Shown: in pieces, positions 30,668 to 40,921 of the stretch
Layout of the letters: every line of letters begins with the position of its first letter
Numbering within the stretch: the stretch's first letter is position 1
Assembly (NCBI GenBank): GCA_034722995.1
Contig: JAYEOL010000032.1
Span: 1 to 61,991, forward strand
Direction: 5' to 3'
Origin: Candidatus Cloacimonadota bacterium
GTDB taxonomy: Bacteria; Cloacimonadota; Cloacimonadia; JGIOTU-2
DNA: 61,991 nt
Made by a program: the position numbers and the translations under genes
Notes under the pieces: generated by a model
What the model saw: only the letters and a program-made list of their open reading frames with translations
Databases searched by the model: none
Told to the model about the DNA's origin: nothing

Positions 30668-30832
30668 TACACCGCCAATAGGGTGTAAATGTAGAATACA
30701 TCCCAAATTGGGTGTAAATGTGAAATACAACCTAAATGGGATGTAAAATAGGAGTACAACCCAGATTGATTGTAAAACAAGGATATACCCCGTTTAGGGT
30801 ATATTTTATAAATATACCCCTTAAGGGGTATT
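30668..30832. repeat. array of six hairpins with 28-29 nt periodicity
   Basis: Hairpins start at 30668, 30697, 30726, 30755, 30783 and 30812. Stems are TAYAnCCC / GGGnTRTA with 4-8 nt loops and ~9-nt AT-rich spacers. The last two stems are perfect (atataccc-cgttta-gggtatat; ataccc c-ttaa-ggggtat). Confidence 0.8.
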
Positions 30833-30899
30833 AGGCAGGTGGTTTTATTATCATAATACATTTCAAGCCAAAGGTGATTCTGCTGACTAAATTCCTTAT

Positions 30900-31565
30900 T
30901 TATATATTTTTCAAAAAATCTTCTGCTTTATTCAGAGCAGGCTTTACAATTTGTTTCCAATCGGCAGATTTTAATCGTTTTGCAACATTTTGTTGAGCAA
31001 TTGGTTTACCTTCTACTTTTTGTGCTATTTCCACTTCTGTCAATCCCTGCATTTTCCAGAACACAGCTTCCTTTTGTTCAAAACTCCAGCCAACCGTTGC
31101 TTTATCAAAAAGTATGCAATATCCTTCTAAAAGATTATTTAAATGGGCATCAGAAATTTTCATTGCTATTCTTCTATACTTATTCTTTGAAAGATTTTCC
31201 AGCATTTCTCCAGAAAATCTGTATGCCTCGCCATCTCCAATGGAGGTTCTTTGTTCTGGCAGCATATCAATTGTGCCATACCCAATAGAGATTCTTAAAT
31301 CAATAGATTGTGGATGCATCATAATTGCAAGTTTCAATCTTAATTTCAGGCAAATAGAAAAGACAGGGGAACCAGATTTCAGGACATTTTGAAAGGAATC
31401 ACCTCGGAAAATATCAAAATCATAAAGAAAATTATCAGCATATTCTTTCTTAATAAACTGCAAACTTTCTACTAACGCATTATGGAGATTTTTCCTCTCC
31501 TCTCCTTTGAAAAGAGATGAGCCAACAACATCACCTGTGATTACAAAGTACTCCTTCTTTCCCAT
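30900..31565 (-). CDS. SatD-family-like protein (cyclase-like N-domain plus C-terminal HTH)
   Basis: VITGDVVGSS ... FRGDSFQNV ... ISIGYG ... GDGEAYRFSGE, then W..EQKEAVFWKMQGLTEVEIAQKV...QQNVAKRLKSA. Confidence 0.55.
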   Translation of the reverse strand: MGKKEYFVITGDVVGSSLFKGEERKNLHNALVESLQFIKKEYADNFLYDFDIFRGDSFQNVLKSGSPVFSICLKLRLKLAIMMHPQSIDLRISIGYGTIDMLPEQRTSIGDGEAYRFSGEMLENLSKNKYRRIAMKISDAHLNNLLEGYCILFDKATVGWSFEQKEAVFWKMQGLTEVEIAQKVEGKPIAQQNVAKRLKSADWKQIVKPALNKAEDFLKNI

Positions 31566-31568
31566 CTG

Positions 31569-31760
31569 TTATCTCATATGTAAACGGACAAAATATTCAA
31601 TACTGCGGTCATAAGTTCGCTCCTCACTTTCTGTAAAATAACAAGCAGGTAGCTCACCCAATCTTCTGTGATAAGCGATACATTCACAACATTTCCCTTT
31701 CTTGTCACAAGGATATGTACAGTTGCATTGTTTGATGTTTTCTTTTATCTTACATTCCAT
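31569..31760 (-). CDS. small cysteine-rich protein
   Basis: 63 aa: [20 protein letters not shown]...PACYF. Sits 3 nt upstream of the SatD-like gene. Confidence 0.55.
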   Translation of the reverse strand: MECKIKENIKQCNCTYPCDKKGKCCECIAYHRRLGELPACYFTESEERTYDRSIEYFVRLHMR

Positions 31761-31791
31761 CTTACTTCCTACAAATTTTATACAATCTCTC

Positions 31792-33573
31792 TTAATTTAT
31801 AAAATTCCAATGAACCTGCAAATAGGTTCCATAACCGTTAATAAGATTATGCTCATCCATAAAATAATCTTGATTTAGAATATTCTTGAAAAGAACAGAA
31901 ATTCTAAACCTATTAATATTTATACCACATTTAATATCAAGAAAAATCTCATTCTTCTCTTTTTCAAGTTCAATATTTCTGAAATCCTTCAAATATGAAA
32001 GCTCGGACTTAGCATAAATAAAATTATTGTGCTTAAGATCCTGCCTGACTTCCCATAATAATTTTAATGCGATATTTGGACGATAAACAAGAGTGCTTGG
32101 TCTTTTTTTAAAGTCAAAATTTAATCTTAATCTATTGTGAATCGTAAAGTAATCAAAACATGCTTCTCCTATTGCGGTAAATCCATAGGTAGTATAATCC
32201 TTAATTTTTTCATAATCTGGGGCATCGCCATTGCCAGAGAGCAAAATATATTGGGCATCATTCTGCACTTGCCGAATAAATGGTTTTAGTGTAAAATCAT
32301 ATTGGTTTAGTTTATAATTAAGTATCAAATCAGCAAAAACTACCTTGATTCTATTGTGTCTAAGTCCAGAATCAAAAGTTTGGAAATCGTTTTGTTCACC
32401 TTTTACACCTATGAAAAAATTGGTAGTAAATTGTCTAATAATAGGAATATCAAATATCAGTTGCGGATAAAAATAAGTAGTATCATCCAGACCAGAAAAA
32501 TAAATCTCATTCCTAAGTTTTATTGTATAAAAATCATAAAAAATCCCAGGTGAATTCATTTTTAGCACGATATAATAATCCTTCACAATTCCCTTATAAT
32601 CAATATAGTTATAATCGTTTATATCAGCTTTTAAGTAGATATCAGTTTCGTACTCCTCAATCGGCAAATGAAAACCCAGATTTATCTGATTACGATAAAA
32701 ATTATTTTTGATAGATGTGTCACCATAAATTTTCTCATATCCTCTTTGATGTAAATATGAAAAGTCAATGAAATTTTCAAAAAGTGAAACATCCAAAATA
32801 TGATAAATAGTTCGTCTTTTTTGTGAATAATTGTCGCCAATTTCTATGCCATTTATTGGATTTGCAAAATTATATCTGTCGTTTTTCGAAAATAGTTTCA
32901 AAAAATTATATGTCATTTTGTAGGATGAGAAATTCTTTTCAGTTTGAAAAGCTGTGTTGTCAAAATAGTTTTTATTGTTCCAGGGGCTTTTATCCTTTCC
33001 GCTGTGAACAAACAGTTTTGCGTTACAAAAGTTAAAAAAGCTATTCTTCTGAAAATTTAAATATCTATCTTCCAAACTAAAGGAACCGGATGCAAACCGG
33101 ACGGCTGATAAAGTTGGCTCAAAATCCGTTTCTAAACATGAAAATTCATATTCATTATTTTCTTTTCTATCCAAGTTATAATAAAATAATAAACCTTGTA
33201 TATCATTTGAATCAAAAAAAAGATTGTTCAGTTTTAGATTGTAAATACTATAATCTATTTGTTCGTATGGCGGAAAATAAAAATTATTACCAAATCTATA
33301 TATTGAATTGCTTACAAATGTTTTATTGCTAAAATTAAAGAATGTGTCTTCTATTGACCGAACTTGCTGTTCTACTTCTTTTAGTGTATAAGTCTTTATT
33401 TTTGAACTATCAGGGATAATAGGCAGTCTTAGTGAATCAATATCCAAAGAATCCTCTTCAGAATGAAATAAGGAATCAGGCTGAATAACTTTCTGGACTT
33501 GAATATCTTGGGCTTCAGTTGATGCTGAAAATAGTAAAAAAATAAGAAAAAAGCAAATTCTTTTTACAACCAT
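31792..33573 (-). CDS. hypothetical secreted protein, beta-barrel-like composition
   Basis: Signal peptide ending ASTEAQ. Rich in Y/F/N, with an aromatic C-terminal region (VHWNFIN). Confidence 0.55.
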   Translation of the reverse strand: MVVKRICFFLIFLLFSASTEAQDIQVQKVIQPDSLFHSEEDSLDIDSLRLPIIPDSSKIKTYTLKEVEQQVRSIEDTFFNFSNKTFVSNSIYRFGNNFYFPPYEQIDYSIYNLKLNNLFFDSNDIQGLLFYYNLDRKENNEYEFSCLETDFEPTLSAVRFASGSFSLEDRYLNFQKNSFFNFCNAKLFVHSGKDKSPWNNKNYFDNTAFQTEKNFSSYKMTYNFLKLFSKNDRYNFANPINGIEIGDNYSQKRRTIYHILDVSLFENFIDFSYLHQRGYEKIYGDTSIKNNFYRNQINLGFHLPIEEYETDIYLKADINDYNYIDYKGIVKDYYIVLKMNSPGIFYDFYTIKLRNEIYFSGLDDTTYFYPQLIFDIPIIRQFTTNFFIGVKGEQNDFQTFDSGLRHNRIKVVFADLILNYKLNQYDFTLKPFIRQVQNDAQYILLSGNGDAPDYEKIKDYTTYGFTAIGEACFDYFTIHNRLRLNFDFKKRPSTLVYRPNIALKLLWEVRQDLKHNNFIYAKSELSYLKDFRNIELEKEKNEIFLDIKCGININRFRISVLFKNILNQDYFMDEHNLINGYGTYLQVHWNFIN

Positions 33574-34541
33574 TTATTTTCTTTATACCAATTATATGTT
33601 TTTTGTAAAGCTTCATCTAAAGAAAATTTAGCTGAAAAATTTAATAACTTTCTTGCTTTCTCTGAACTGCATAGCCAATATTTAATTTTCATCTCTTTTA
33701 CTTTTTGTAGATTTAGGATTGCTTGTTTTTTGTGTAAATATTTTGTGCATTCATTAAACAAGGCTGTGGCATAAGCAAAAGACATAGGAACCTTAAGTGT
33801 AATTGCTTTTTTTTTCATAACATTCTTTAATATCTCTATAAAATCATTCCATGAATATATATTTCCATCACATGCGAAAAAAGTTTGCTGATTCGCCTCG
33901 GGTTTTTCTGCTGCTTTGATAATTAAATTTGTAAGGTCTTCAATATAAACCAAGCTAATAAACTTTTCACCAAACCCAACTAAAGGTGCAAAGCCCCTTT
34001 TTACTAATTTAAAATAGATGTAGAAATCCTTATCATAAGGTCCAAATACGCTTGAAGGTCTGATAATAGTCCATGGAATTTTCGCATACTTTCTAACATA
34101 TTCTTCTGCTGCCAACTTACTCTTGCCATAGTAAGAGATAGGATTTTCAGATTCTTCCTCAGTTTTTGGAATTTTGTTCTCCGAAGGTCCTGCAGCAGCC
34201 TGAGAACTAAGAAATACAAACTTCTTTACCTTAAAATCCTTAATTGCTGTTAAAAGATTTTTTGTGCCATTAAGATTTACTTCAAAATATTTCTTCTTGG
34301 ATTTTTCTTTTACTTTTGCCGCTAAATGGAAAACATAATCCTTACCTTCACACGCTTTTCTCAATGATTCAATATCATTACAATCACCATATGCGAATCT
34401 TACTGGAAGATTTTTTATGGATTCTAAATTTGATGTTTTCCTTATCAAGCATGTTACATCATAATTTTTAGACAGTAATGCCCTTACAAGATTACTACCA
34501 ATAAAGCCATTTGGCCCAGTTACAATTGCTCTTGATTTCAT
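33564..34541 (-). CDS. NAD-dependent epimerase/dehydratase (extended SDR)
   Basis: VTGPNGFIGSNLV Rossmann motif and YYGKSK catalytic YxxxK. Confidence 0.85.
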   Translation of the reverse strand: MKSRAIVTGPNGFIGSNLVRALLSKNYDVTCLIRKTSNLESIKNLPVRFAYGDCNDIESLRKACEGKDYVFHLAAKVKEKSKKKYFEVNLNGTKNLLTAIKDFKVKKFVFLSSQAAAGPSENKIPKTEEESENPISYYGKSKLAAEEYVRKYAKIPWTIIRPSSVFGPYDKDFYIYFKLVKRGFAPLVGFGEKFISLVYIEDLTNLIIKAAEKPEANQQTFFACDGNIYSWNDFIEILKNVMKKKAITLKVPMSFAYATALFNECTKYLHKKQAILNLQKVKEMKIKYWLCSSEKARKLLNFSAKFSLDEALQKTYNWYKENKWL

Positions 34542-34759
34542 TTTGTCTTAAACAGGAATAAAGAAAATTTTTGTCAATTGAAAAAGAATTTAATTATTGC
34601 TGATTATAAAAAATGTGTGATACTTAAGATAAATCCAGATATAAACAAGAATTAAAAAGTTAGAAATTTGAATACCTACACATAAAAAAGAACGGATTTT
34701 CTAAAAAATTCATATTTATTACATAACTTAACAAAAAAATTTTAAAATGAAGATTTCAC

Positions 34760-34788
34760 TTGACAAGTAATTTTAAGACTTTGTAACT
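34760..34788 (+). promoter_or_regulatory. candidate promoter of the sucC-led cluster
   Basis: TTGACA (34760-34765), 17 nt, then GTAACT, about 35 nt upstream of the sucC start in the divergent spacer. Confidence 0.3.
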
Positions 34789-34821
34789 CCCCACTAAATT
34801 TTCAAAAAGCTAACAGTAAAA

Positions 34822-35958
34822 ATGAAAATTCATGAGTATCAGGCAAAAGAAATTTTTTCAAAATACAATATACCTACACCAACTGAAATTCTATGTTATA
34901 CCCCTCAAGAAATAAAACAAGCAGCCTTAAAATCTAACGAAAATGTAATCATTAAAGCTCAGGTTCAAGTTGGCGGAAGAGGTAAAGCTGGCGGTGTTAA
35001 ACTTGCAAAAAATCCTGATGAAGCAGAAAAGATTGGCAAACAAATTTTAGGTATGGAAATCAAAGGGTTAACAGTTGAAAAAGTTCTTGTCTCTGAAGCA
35101 ATAGACATTGAAAGCGAATACTATGTTGGAATTACTAATGACAGAAATTCAAAGAGTATCGTTTTTATGGTAAGTTCCGCAGGAGGAATTGATATAGAAG
35201 AAATGGCTAAATCAACACCGGAAAAAATTTTTAAACTTTATGTTAACCCATTTGATGGAGGATTATTTGACTTTCAGGCTCGGAATCTTGCCTTCAAAAT
35301 ATTTGACGATATAAAAATAGTTAGACAAGTCTCAAAAATCATTCAAAATCTATATAGATGTTACATTGAAAATGACGCTTCATTAGCAGAAATCAATCCA
35401 TTGGTGTTAGACAAAAAAGGCAATGTTCTGGCTCTTGATGCAAAAATCAATTTTGATGATAATGCCCTTTATAGACATCCTGAAATAAAAAAAATGAGAG
35501 AAATTCTACCCGATGAAGAAAAAGAGATGGAAGCAAAATCAAAAGGATTAAGCTATATTCGTCTGAATGGTAATATTGGATGTATGGTAAACGGTGCGGG
35601 ACTGGCAATGGCTACAATGGATTTGATAAAACTTTATGGCGGAGAACCTGCAAATTTCTTAGATATTGGTGGCAGTTCAAATCCACAAAAAGTTATTGAT
35701 GCTATGAATATTTTGCTCAGCGATAAAAATGTTAAAGCTGTAATGATAAATATTTTTGGGGGAATTACTCGTTGTGACGATGTGGCAAAAGGATTGGTTA
35801 AAGCTCTAAATACACTGAAGGTTGATATTCCTATTGTAATTCGGTTAACAGGCACTAATGAAGAAGCTGCTCATAATATCCTTAAAGAAAGCAAATTGAT
35901 TCTTGCAAGTTCAATGGCAGAAGCAGCACAAACAGCAATCAATCTTACGAAAAATTAA
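34822..35958 (+). CDS. sucC: succinyl-CoA synthetase beta subunit (ADP-forming)
   Basis: MKIHEYQAKEIF, VIKAQVQVGGRGKAGGV, GNIGCMVNGAGLAMATMD. Confidence 0.92.
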   Translation: MKIHEYQAKEIFSKYNIPTPTEILCYTPQEIKQAALKSNENVIIKAQVQVGGRGKAGGVKLAKNPDEAEKIGKQILGMEIKGLTVEKVLVSEAIDIESEYYVGITNDRNSKSIVFMVSSAGGIDIEEMAKSTPEKIFKLYVNPFDGGLFDFQARNLAFKIFDDIKIVRQVSKIIQNLYRCYIENDASLAEINPLVLDKKGNVLALDAKINFDDNALYRHPEIKKMREILPDEEKEMEAKSKGLSYIRLNGNIGCMVNGAGLAMATMDLIKLYGGEPANFLDIGGSSNPQKVIDAMNILLSDKNVKAVMINIFGGITRCDDVAKGLVKALNTLKVDIPIVIRLTGTNEEAAHNILKESKLILASSMAEAAQTAINLTKN

Positions 35959-35967
35959 AATATTAAA

Positions 35968-36834
35968 ATGAGCATCTTAATTGACGAAAAAACAAAGGTT
36001 ATTGTTCAAGGTATAACAGGACGGGACGGAAGCTTTCATGCCAAACAGATGAAACAGTATGGAACAAATGTTGTTGCAGGAGTTTCTCCAGGCAAAGGTG
36101 GACAAGAAATTGATGGAATTCCTGTATACAATTCAATGAAACAAGCAGTAGATGAAACCCGCGCAAATACCTCAATAATATTTGTGCCAGCAAAATTTGC
36201 AGTGGATGCTATCTATGAAGCTGCAGATTCAGATGTAAAATTGATTGTTACTATTTCTGAAGGCATTCCCATAATTGATATGATAAAAATTACTGAATAT
36301 TTGGAACGAAAAAATATTCATCTAATCGGTCCAAATAGTCCTGGATTAATTTCCCCAGGAAAATCAAAGGTTGGAATATTACCGGCACAGATTTTCAAAA
36401 AAGGGAAAGTAGGTCTAATTTCTCGTAGTGGAACTTTAACCTATGAAATTGTAGACCATATTACAAAATCAGGACTTGGCGAATCTACCTGTATTGGAAT
36501 CGGTGGTGACCCAATTATTGGTATGAATTTTATTGATTGCTTGAAGCTATTTGAAAAAGACCCGGAAACAGAGGCAGTTGCGTTAATTGGTGAAATTGGG
36601 GGTAATGCTGAAGAATTAGCAACTCAATATGTAAAAGAATATATGACCAAACCTGTAGTAGGATTTATTGTAGGTAAAACAGCTCCTCCTGGAAAGAGAA
36701 TGGGACACGCAGGTGCAATTATTTCTGGTGGCTCTGGAACTGCTTCAGAAAAGATTGATGCATTGGAAGAGGCTGGTATCCCTGTTGCAAATCAGCCATC
36801 CGAAGTTGCAACTTTGTTGAAATCAAAATTATGA
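35968..36834 (+). CDS. sucD: succinyl-CoA synthetase alpha subunit
   Basis: [33 protein letters not shown] (phosphohistidine loop). Confidence 0.92.
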   Translation: MSILIDEKTKVIVQGITGRDGSFHAKQMKQYGTNVVAGVSPGKGGQEIDGIPVYNSMKQAVDETRANTSIIFVPAKFAVDAIYEAADSDVKLIVTISEGIPIIDMIKITEYLERKNIHLIGPNSPGLISPGKSKVGILPAQIFKKGKVGLISRSGTLTYEIVDHITKSGLGESTCIGIGGDPIIGMNFIDCLKLFEKDPETEAVALIGEIGGNAEELATQYVKEYMTKPVVGFIVGKTAPPGKRMGHAGAIISGGSGTASEKIDALEEAGIPVANQPSEVATLLKSKL

Positions 36835-36949
36835 CTAAAGAAAATGATAAAGTAATTCCGATGTATCGGAAGAAAAAATGTATTGAGATATATTAAGAAA
36901 CTGCAAAAGGCAAAATGCTGAAAGAATAATTTTAGGAAAAGAGGCTGGA

Positions 36950-37795
36950 ATGCGAGAAATAAAAGCAAATCAAATTACAGAAATTGTGAAAAAACTCTGT
37001 ATGGATGCTAATTTCTATCTGCCGGAAGATGTAATAGACACAATAAAGCAAGCAAAAGAAAAAGAAGAATCTCAGACTGGAAAAGATGTATTTGATATGA
37101 TTCTGCAAAATATTGAAATTTCTGAGAGCGAGAAATTACCTCTCTGCCAGGATACCGGTTTTGCTGTTTTTTTCATCGAGTTGGGACAGGAAGTCCACAT
37201 TATTGGCGGAAATTTTGTAGATGCAATTAATGATGGAGTTCGTCAGGGATATAAGGAAGGCTATCTCAGAAAATCTATCGTTGATGACCCGGTGATTGAT
37301 AGGATTAACACAAAAGATAATACTCCTGCAGTAATTTATACAGACATTGTTCCTGGAGATAAAGTCAAAATTACATTTGCACCAAAAGGTGGCGGTTCAG
37401 AGAATATGAGTACAGTCAAGATGCTGAAAGCTGCTGATGGCATTGAGGGTGTAAAAGACTTTGTTGTAGATTTTGTAAAAAATGCCGGGGGTAATCCTTG
37501 TCCACCAACAATCGTGGGTATTGGATTAGGTGGAACATTTGATAAGGTTGCTCAAATTGCTAAAAAAGCTTTACTGCGTCCAATAGGTTCACGGAATCCT
37601 AATCCAAAATATTCTGAAGTTGAAAAAGAATTGTTAGAACGGATAAACAAAACTGGTGTCGGACCTATGGGCCTGGGCGGCAGAGTCACTGCTCTTGATG
37701 TGCATATAGAAACATATCCCTGTCATATCGCTACAATGCCTGTTGCAATCAACATCCAATGCCATTGCTGTCGGCATAAAGAAGCGATTATTTAA
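36950..37795 (+). CDS. class I (Fe-S) fumarate hydratase, alpha subunit
   Basis: LPLCQDTGFAVFF, FAPKGGGSENMS, CPPTIVGIGLGGT. Confidence 0.85.
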   Translation: MREIKANQITEIVKKLCMDANFYLPEDVIDTIKQAKEKEESQTGKDVFDMILQNIEISESEKLPLCQDTGFAVFFIELGQEVHIIGGNFVDAINDGVRQGYKEGYLRKSIVDDPVIDRINTKDNTPAVIYTDIVPGDKVKITFAPKGGGSENMSTVKMLKAADGIEGVKDFVVDFVKNAGGNPCPPTIVGIGLGGTFDKVAQIAKKALLRPIGSRNPNPKYSEVEKELLERINKTGVGPMGLGGRVTALDVHIETYPCHIATMPVAINIQCHCCRHKEAII

Positions 37796-37997
37796 AAGTA
37801 AAAAGGTAAAAGAAAAAGATAAAAATTAATTATTTATTAGAATGAGTTATGCAAAATAGATAAATTCACTTCATTTGTCATTCCCGTGAAAACGGGAATC
37901 CATTTAAATAAAGGATATCAGATTCCGCATCAAGTAAGGAATGACAAGAAAAAGGTATTTTGCAGATCTCATATTTATTAGAATCCATGGAGGAAAA

Positions 37998-38558
37998 ATG
38001 CCAAAAACTGTAAAATTAACAACACCTTTAACCGATGAGGATGTAAGCAAATTAAATATTGGTGATACGGTTTTGCTTTCAGGAATAATATATACAGGCA
38101 GAGATGCAGCTCATAAGCGATTGGTGGATTTGATTGAACAGGGTAAGGAATTGCCAATTGAATTGAAGGGACAGGTAATGTATTATGTCGGTCCTGCACC
38201 AGCACCGCCAGGTAAACCGATTGGTTCAGCGGGACCTACAACAAGTTATCGTATGGACTCATTAACTACTCAGTTATTAGAAAGAGGACTTAAGGCTTCA
38301 ATTGGCAAAGGACCAAGAGGACAAAATGTGATTGATTCTATGGAGAAAAATAAAGCTGTATATCTCGCTGCGGTTGGCGGTGCAGCAGCACTCATCGCAA
38401 AATCTATCAAAAAAGCAGAAATTATCGCTTATGAAGATTTGGGTGCAGAAGCTATTAGAAAATTAGAAGTTGAAGATTTTCCCTGCATCGTTGCAAATGA
38501 TATCTATGGAAATGATTTATATAAGGAAGGTGTAGCTAAATATGAAATTAGAAATTAG
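37998..38558 (+). CDS. class I fumarate hydratase, beta subunit
   Basis: LSGIIYTGRDAAHKRL...GPTTSYRMD. ATG at 37998 is preceded by GGAGG; the ORF-track start is at 37941. Terminates with TAG. Confidence 0.85.
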   Translation: MPKTVKLTTPLTDEDVSKLNIGDTVLLSGIIYTGRDAAHKRLVDLIEQGKELPIELKGQVMYYVGPAPAPPGKPIGSAGPTTSYRMDSLTTQLLERGLKASIGKGPRGQNVIDSMEKNKAVYLAAVGGAAALIAKSIKKAEIIAYEDLGAEAIRKLEVEDFPCIVANDIYGNDLYKEGVAKYEIRN

Positions 38559-39425
38559 TCCCGATTTCAATCGGGATCCCGACAAGGTCGGGAAAACTTG
38601 AAACTTGCCTGTCCACCGACCCGTCCTCCGCAGTCCCGACTTTTTTCGGGACGGAGGGTGGAAGCATAGCGAAGGCGGAATACTTGATGAATAATTTTGA
38701 ATATAAGTAGAAAGATGAAAGAGTTATACGCAATTGACTTAAATATGTTAATTTGCGAGGTGAAAAAATGAAAAACTTTCAGGCAAAGATGTTTAATAGA
38801 AAAGCTTCTAAGCCCAAAAGCAAGTCCGATCAAATTATAGAAGCTATAGCACTAAAACCCGGGCTGAATATTGCTGATATTGGAGCGGGTGGAGGCTACT
38901 TTTCTCTAAGATTTGCCGAATTAGTAGGAGAAAAAGGTAAAGTTTACACAGCCGATACAAACCCAGAATTTTTAGAGTTTATTAAGAATGCTGCTAAAGA
39001 AAAGGGATTAAATAATATTATACCAACTCTTTCCATAGAAGATAGGTTAAATTTACCTGAAAAAAGTTTAGATTTTATATTTATGCGTAATGTCACCCAT
39101 CATATACCAAATAGAATAAAGTATTTTACAAATTTAAAAGATTTTCTAAAACCAGGTGGCAAGATAATTATTATAGAATATAAGGAGGGTAAATTTTTCA
39201 CTTTTCGTGGAATGTTTGGGCATTATGTCCTTAAGAAAACTATTATACAGGAAACGAAAGACGCAGGATATTCATTGGAAAAGGAATTTGATTTTTTACC
39301 AGAACAGCACTTTACTATTTATTCAAAGTAATGAAAAATAAATTAAATCAACAAATACATATTTTATTCAAGTATCAAGTTTTCCCGACCTTGTCCCGAT
39401 TGAAATCGGGATTGAAATCGGGACA
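38558..39425. mobile_element. methyltransferase cassette bounded by ~50-nt inverted repeats
   Basis: Left arm: gtcccgatttcaatcgggatcccgacaaggtcgggaaaacttgaaacttg (38558-38607). Right arm 39370-39425 in reverse complement: gtcccgatttcaatcccgatttcaatcgggacaaggtcgggaaaacttgatacttg. Confidence 0.5.
38768..39331 (+). CDS. class I SAM-dependent methyltransferase
   Basis: Motif I IADIGAGGGYFS. Probable start MKNFQ at 38768, after GAGGTG. Confidence 0.8.
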   Translation: MKNFQAKMFNRKASKPKSKSDQIIEAIALKPGLNIADIGAGGGYFSLRFAELVGEKGKVYTADTNPEFLEFIKNAAKEKGLNNIIPTLSIEDRLNLPEKSLDFIFMRNVTHHIPNRIKYFTNLKDFLKPGGKIIIIEYKEGKFFTFRGMFGHYVLKKTIIQETKDAGYSLEKEFDFLPEQHFTIYSK

Positions 39426-39450
39426 AGTATCAAATTGTTAGGAGTTTTTA

Positions 39451-39783
39451 ATGAAATATTGGGAAAAACCGTTTGGTAAAGAAAAGCCAAAAATCGTTTC
39501 AGGTGAAATCCATATCATCAAAGAGAGATGCAAAGGCTGTAACTTTTGTATTGAATATTGCCCAAGAGATGTATTAGAAGTCTCAGAAGAATTTAATGAA
39601 AAAGGATATCATCCACCAAAAGTTGCAAAACCTGAGATGTGTACCTTTTGTGGGCTTTGCGAACTAATCTGTCCTGACTTTGCGATTTTTGTTACTGAAT
39701 TAAAAGAAACTCCGACTGGGGACCATCCACTTCAGCCAGGTACTTTTGGTGGAAAGGAGGAAAAAATTGTTCAAGCAAAGTAA
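39451..39783 (+). CDS. second 2-oxoacid:ferredoxin oxidoreductase, delta (2x[4Fe-4S]) subunit
   Basis: CKGCNFCIEYCP and CTFCGLCELICP. Confidence 0.8.
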   Translation: MKYWEKPFGKEKPKIVSGEIHIIKERCKGCNFCIEYCPRDVLEVSEEFNEKGYHPPKVAKPEMCTFCGLCELICPDFAIFVTELKETPTGDHPLQPGTFGGKEEKIVQAK

Positions 39784-40921
39784 ACTATACGGTGAATTTT
39801 TTATGCAGGGTGATATCGCTTGTGCAGAAGGAGCACTTTCTGTAGGATGTCGCTTTTTTGGCGGATATCCTATTACCCCAGCTTCTGAAATTGCTGAACG
39901 AATGGCATTCCGTTTACCACTCTTAGATGGCGTTTTTATCCAATTTGAAGATGAAATCGCATCAATGTCTTCTATTCTTGGTGCATCCTGGGCAGGTGTA
40001 AAATCAATGACTGCTACTTCTGGACCTGGAGTTTCTCTTATGTTAGAAAACATCGGGCTTGGTATGATGATGGAAGTTCCTTGCGTTGTGGTAAATGTTC
40101 AACGGGGCTCGCCTTCTACTGGATTGCCTACATCCTGGGGGCAAGCAGATATGATGCAGGCTCGTTGGGGCTCTCATGGTGATTATGGAAGTATCTCACT
40201 TTGTCCAAAATCACCACAAGAATTTTTTGATTTGACTATTGTTGCATTCAACTATGCTGAAAAATATCGTCTCCCTGTTTTTATATTGTCAGATGCTATT
40301 GTCGGTCATATGACAGAAAAAGTGGTTATTCCTCCCGTTGAAGAAATTAAACTGGTTGAAAGAAAATACACCAAGAAAAAGCCCAAGGATTACCTCCCTT
40401 ATGAAGTTGTGGAAGATTTAATTCCAGAGTTCGCAAAGGCAGGTGATGGATATCGTTATCATACAACTGGGCTTACGCATGATGAACGAGGTTACCCTGT
40501 TATGACAGAAGAATGCCAAAAAATATGTGTTACCCGCCTTGTTGAAAAAATAAAGAAACATGCAGATGAAATTATCATGCTTGAAGAAAGAGATATTGAT
40601 GACGCTGATGTAGTTGTTGTTGCTTATGGAATCACTGCGCGAACAGTTGTTCCAGCTATTGAAAAAGCAAAGAAGAAAGGTATAAAAGTTGGATTATTAC
40701 GACTTATAACAGTCTGGCCATTCCCTGAAAAAAGAATAAGGAAATTAGCACAAAAGGTGAAAGGGTTTGTCGTGCCTGAGATAAATTTAGGACAGATTGT
40801 TCTGGAAGTTGAGCGTTGTGCTGCAAAATATGTAACTACTAAATCAATAACACATCCTGGTGGAGGGATTCACAATTTCAATGATATAATCAAGGCTATT
40901 GAAGAGGTGGCTTATGAATAA
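39767..40921 (+). CDS. second 2-oxoacid:ferredoxin oxidoreductase, alpha subunit
   Basis: About 60 percent identical by eye to the 17607-18764 product (GGYPITPASEI, TATSGPGVSLM). A TTG at 39767 lies 6 nt after AGGAGG. The ORF-track ATG is at 39746. Confidence 0.8.
   Translation: MFKQSKLYGEFFMQGDIACAEGALSVGCRFFGGYPITPASEIAERMAFRLPLLDGVFIQFEDEIASMSSILGASWAGVKSMTATSGPGVSLMLENIGLGMMMEVPCVVVNVQRGSPSTGLPTSWGQADMMQARWGSHGDYGSISLCPKSPQEFFDLTIVAFNYAEKYRLPVFILSDAIVGHMTEKVVIPPVEEIKLVERKYTKKKPKDYLPYEVVEDLIPEFAKAGDGYRYHTTGLTHDERGYPVMTEECQKICVTRLVEKIKKHADEIIMLEERDIDDADVVVVAYGITARTVVPAIEKAKKKGIKVGLLRLITVWPFPEKRIRKLAQKVKGFVVPEINLGQIVLEVERCAAKYVTTKSITHPGGGIHNFNDIIKAIEEVAYE

Noticed and set aside
30668-30832. 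CRISPR array.
   Set aside because: The period is only 28-29 nt in total. The variable parts are 9-nt AT linkers rather than unique spacers. The repeats degenerate along the array, and there are no cas genes in the window.
30643-30861. A 72-aa ORF between the DUF3307 and SatD-like genes.
   Set aside because: It coincides exactly with the periodic hairpin array, and its peptide is a translation of the repeats.
34542-34821. Replication origin at the minus-to-plus strand switch.
   Set aside because: The spacer is AT-rich and divergent, but I see no DnaA-box (TTATCCACA-like) clusters and no dnaA or dnaN nearby. The rRNA operon to the left is on the plus strand, which would be head-on. The spacer is better explained as a divergent promoter region.
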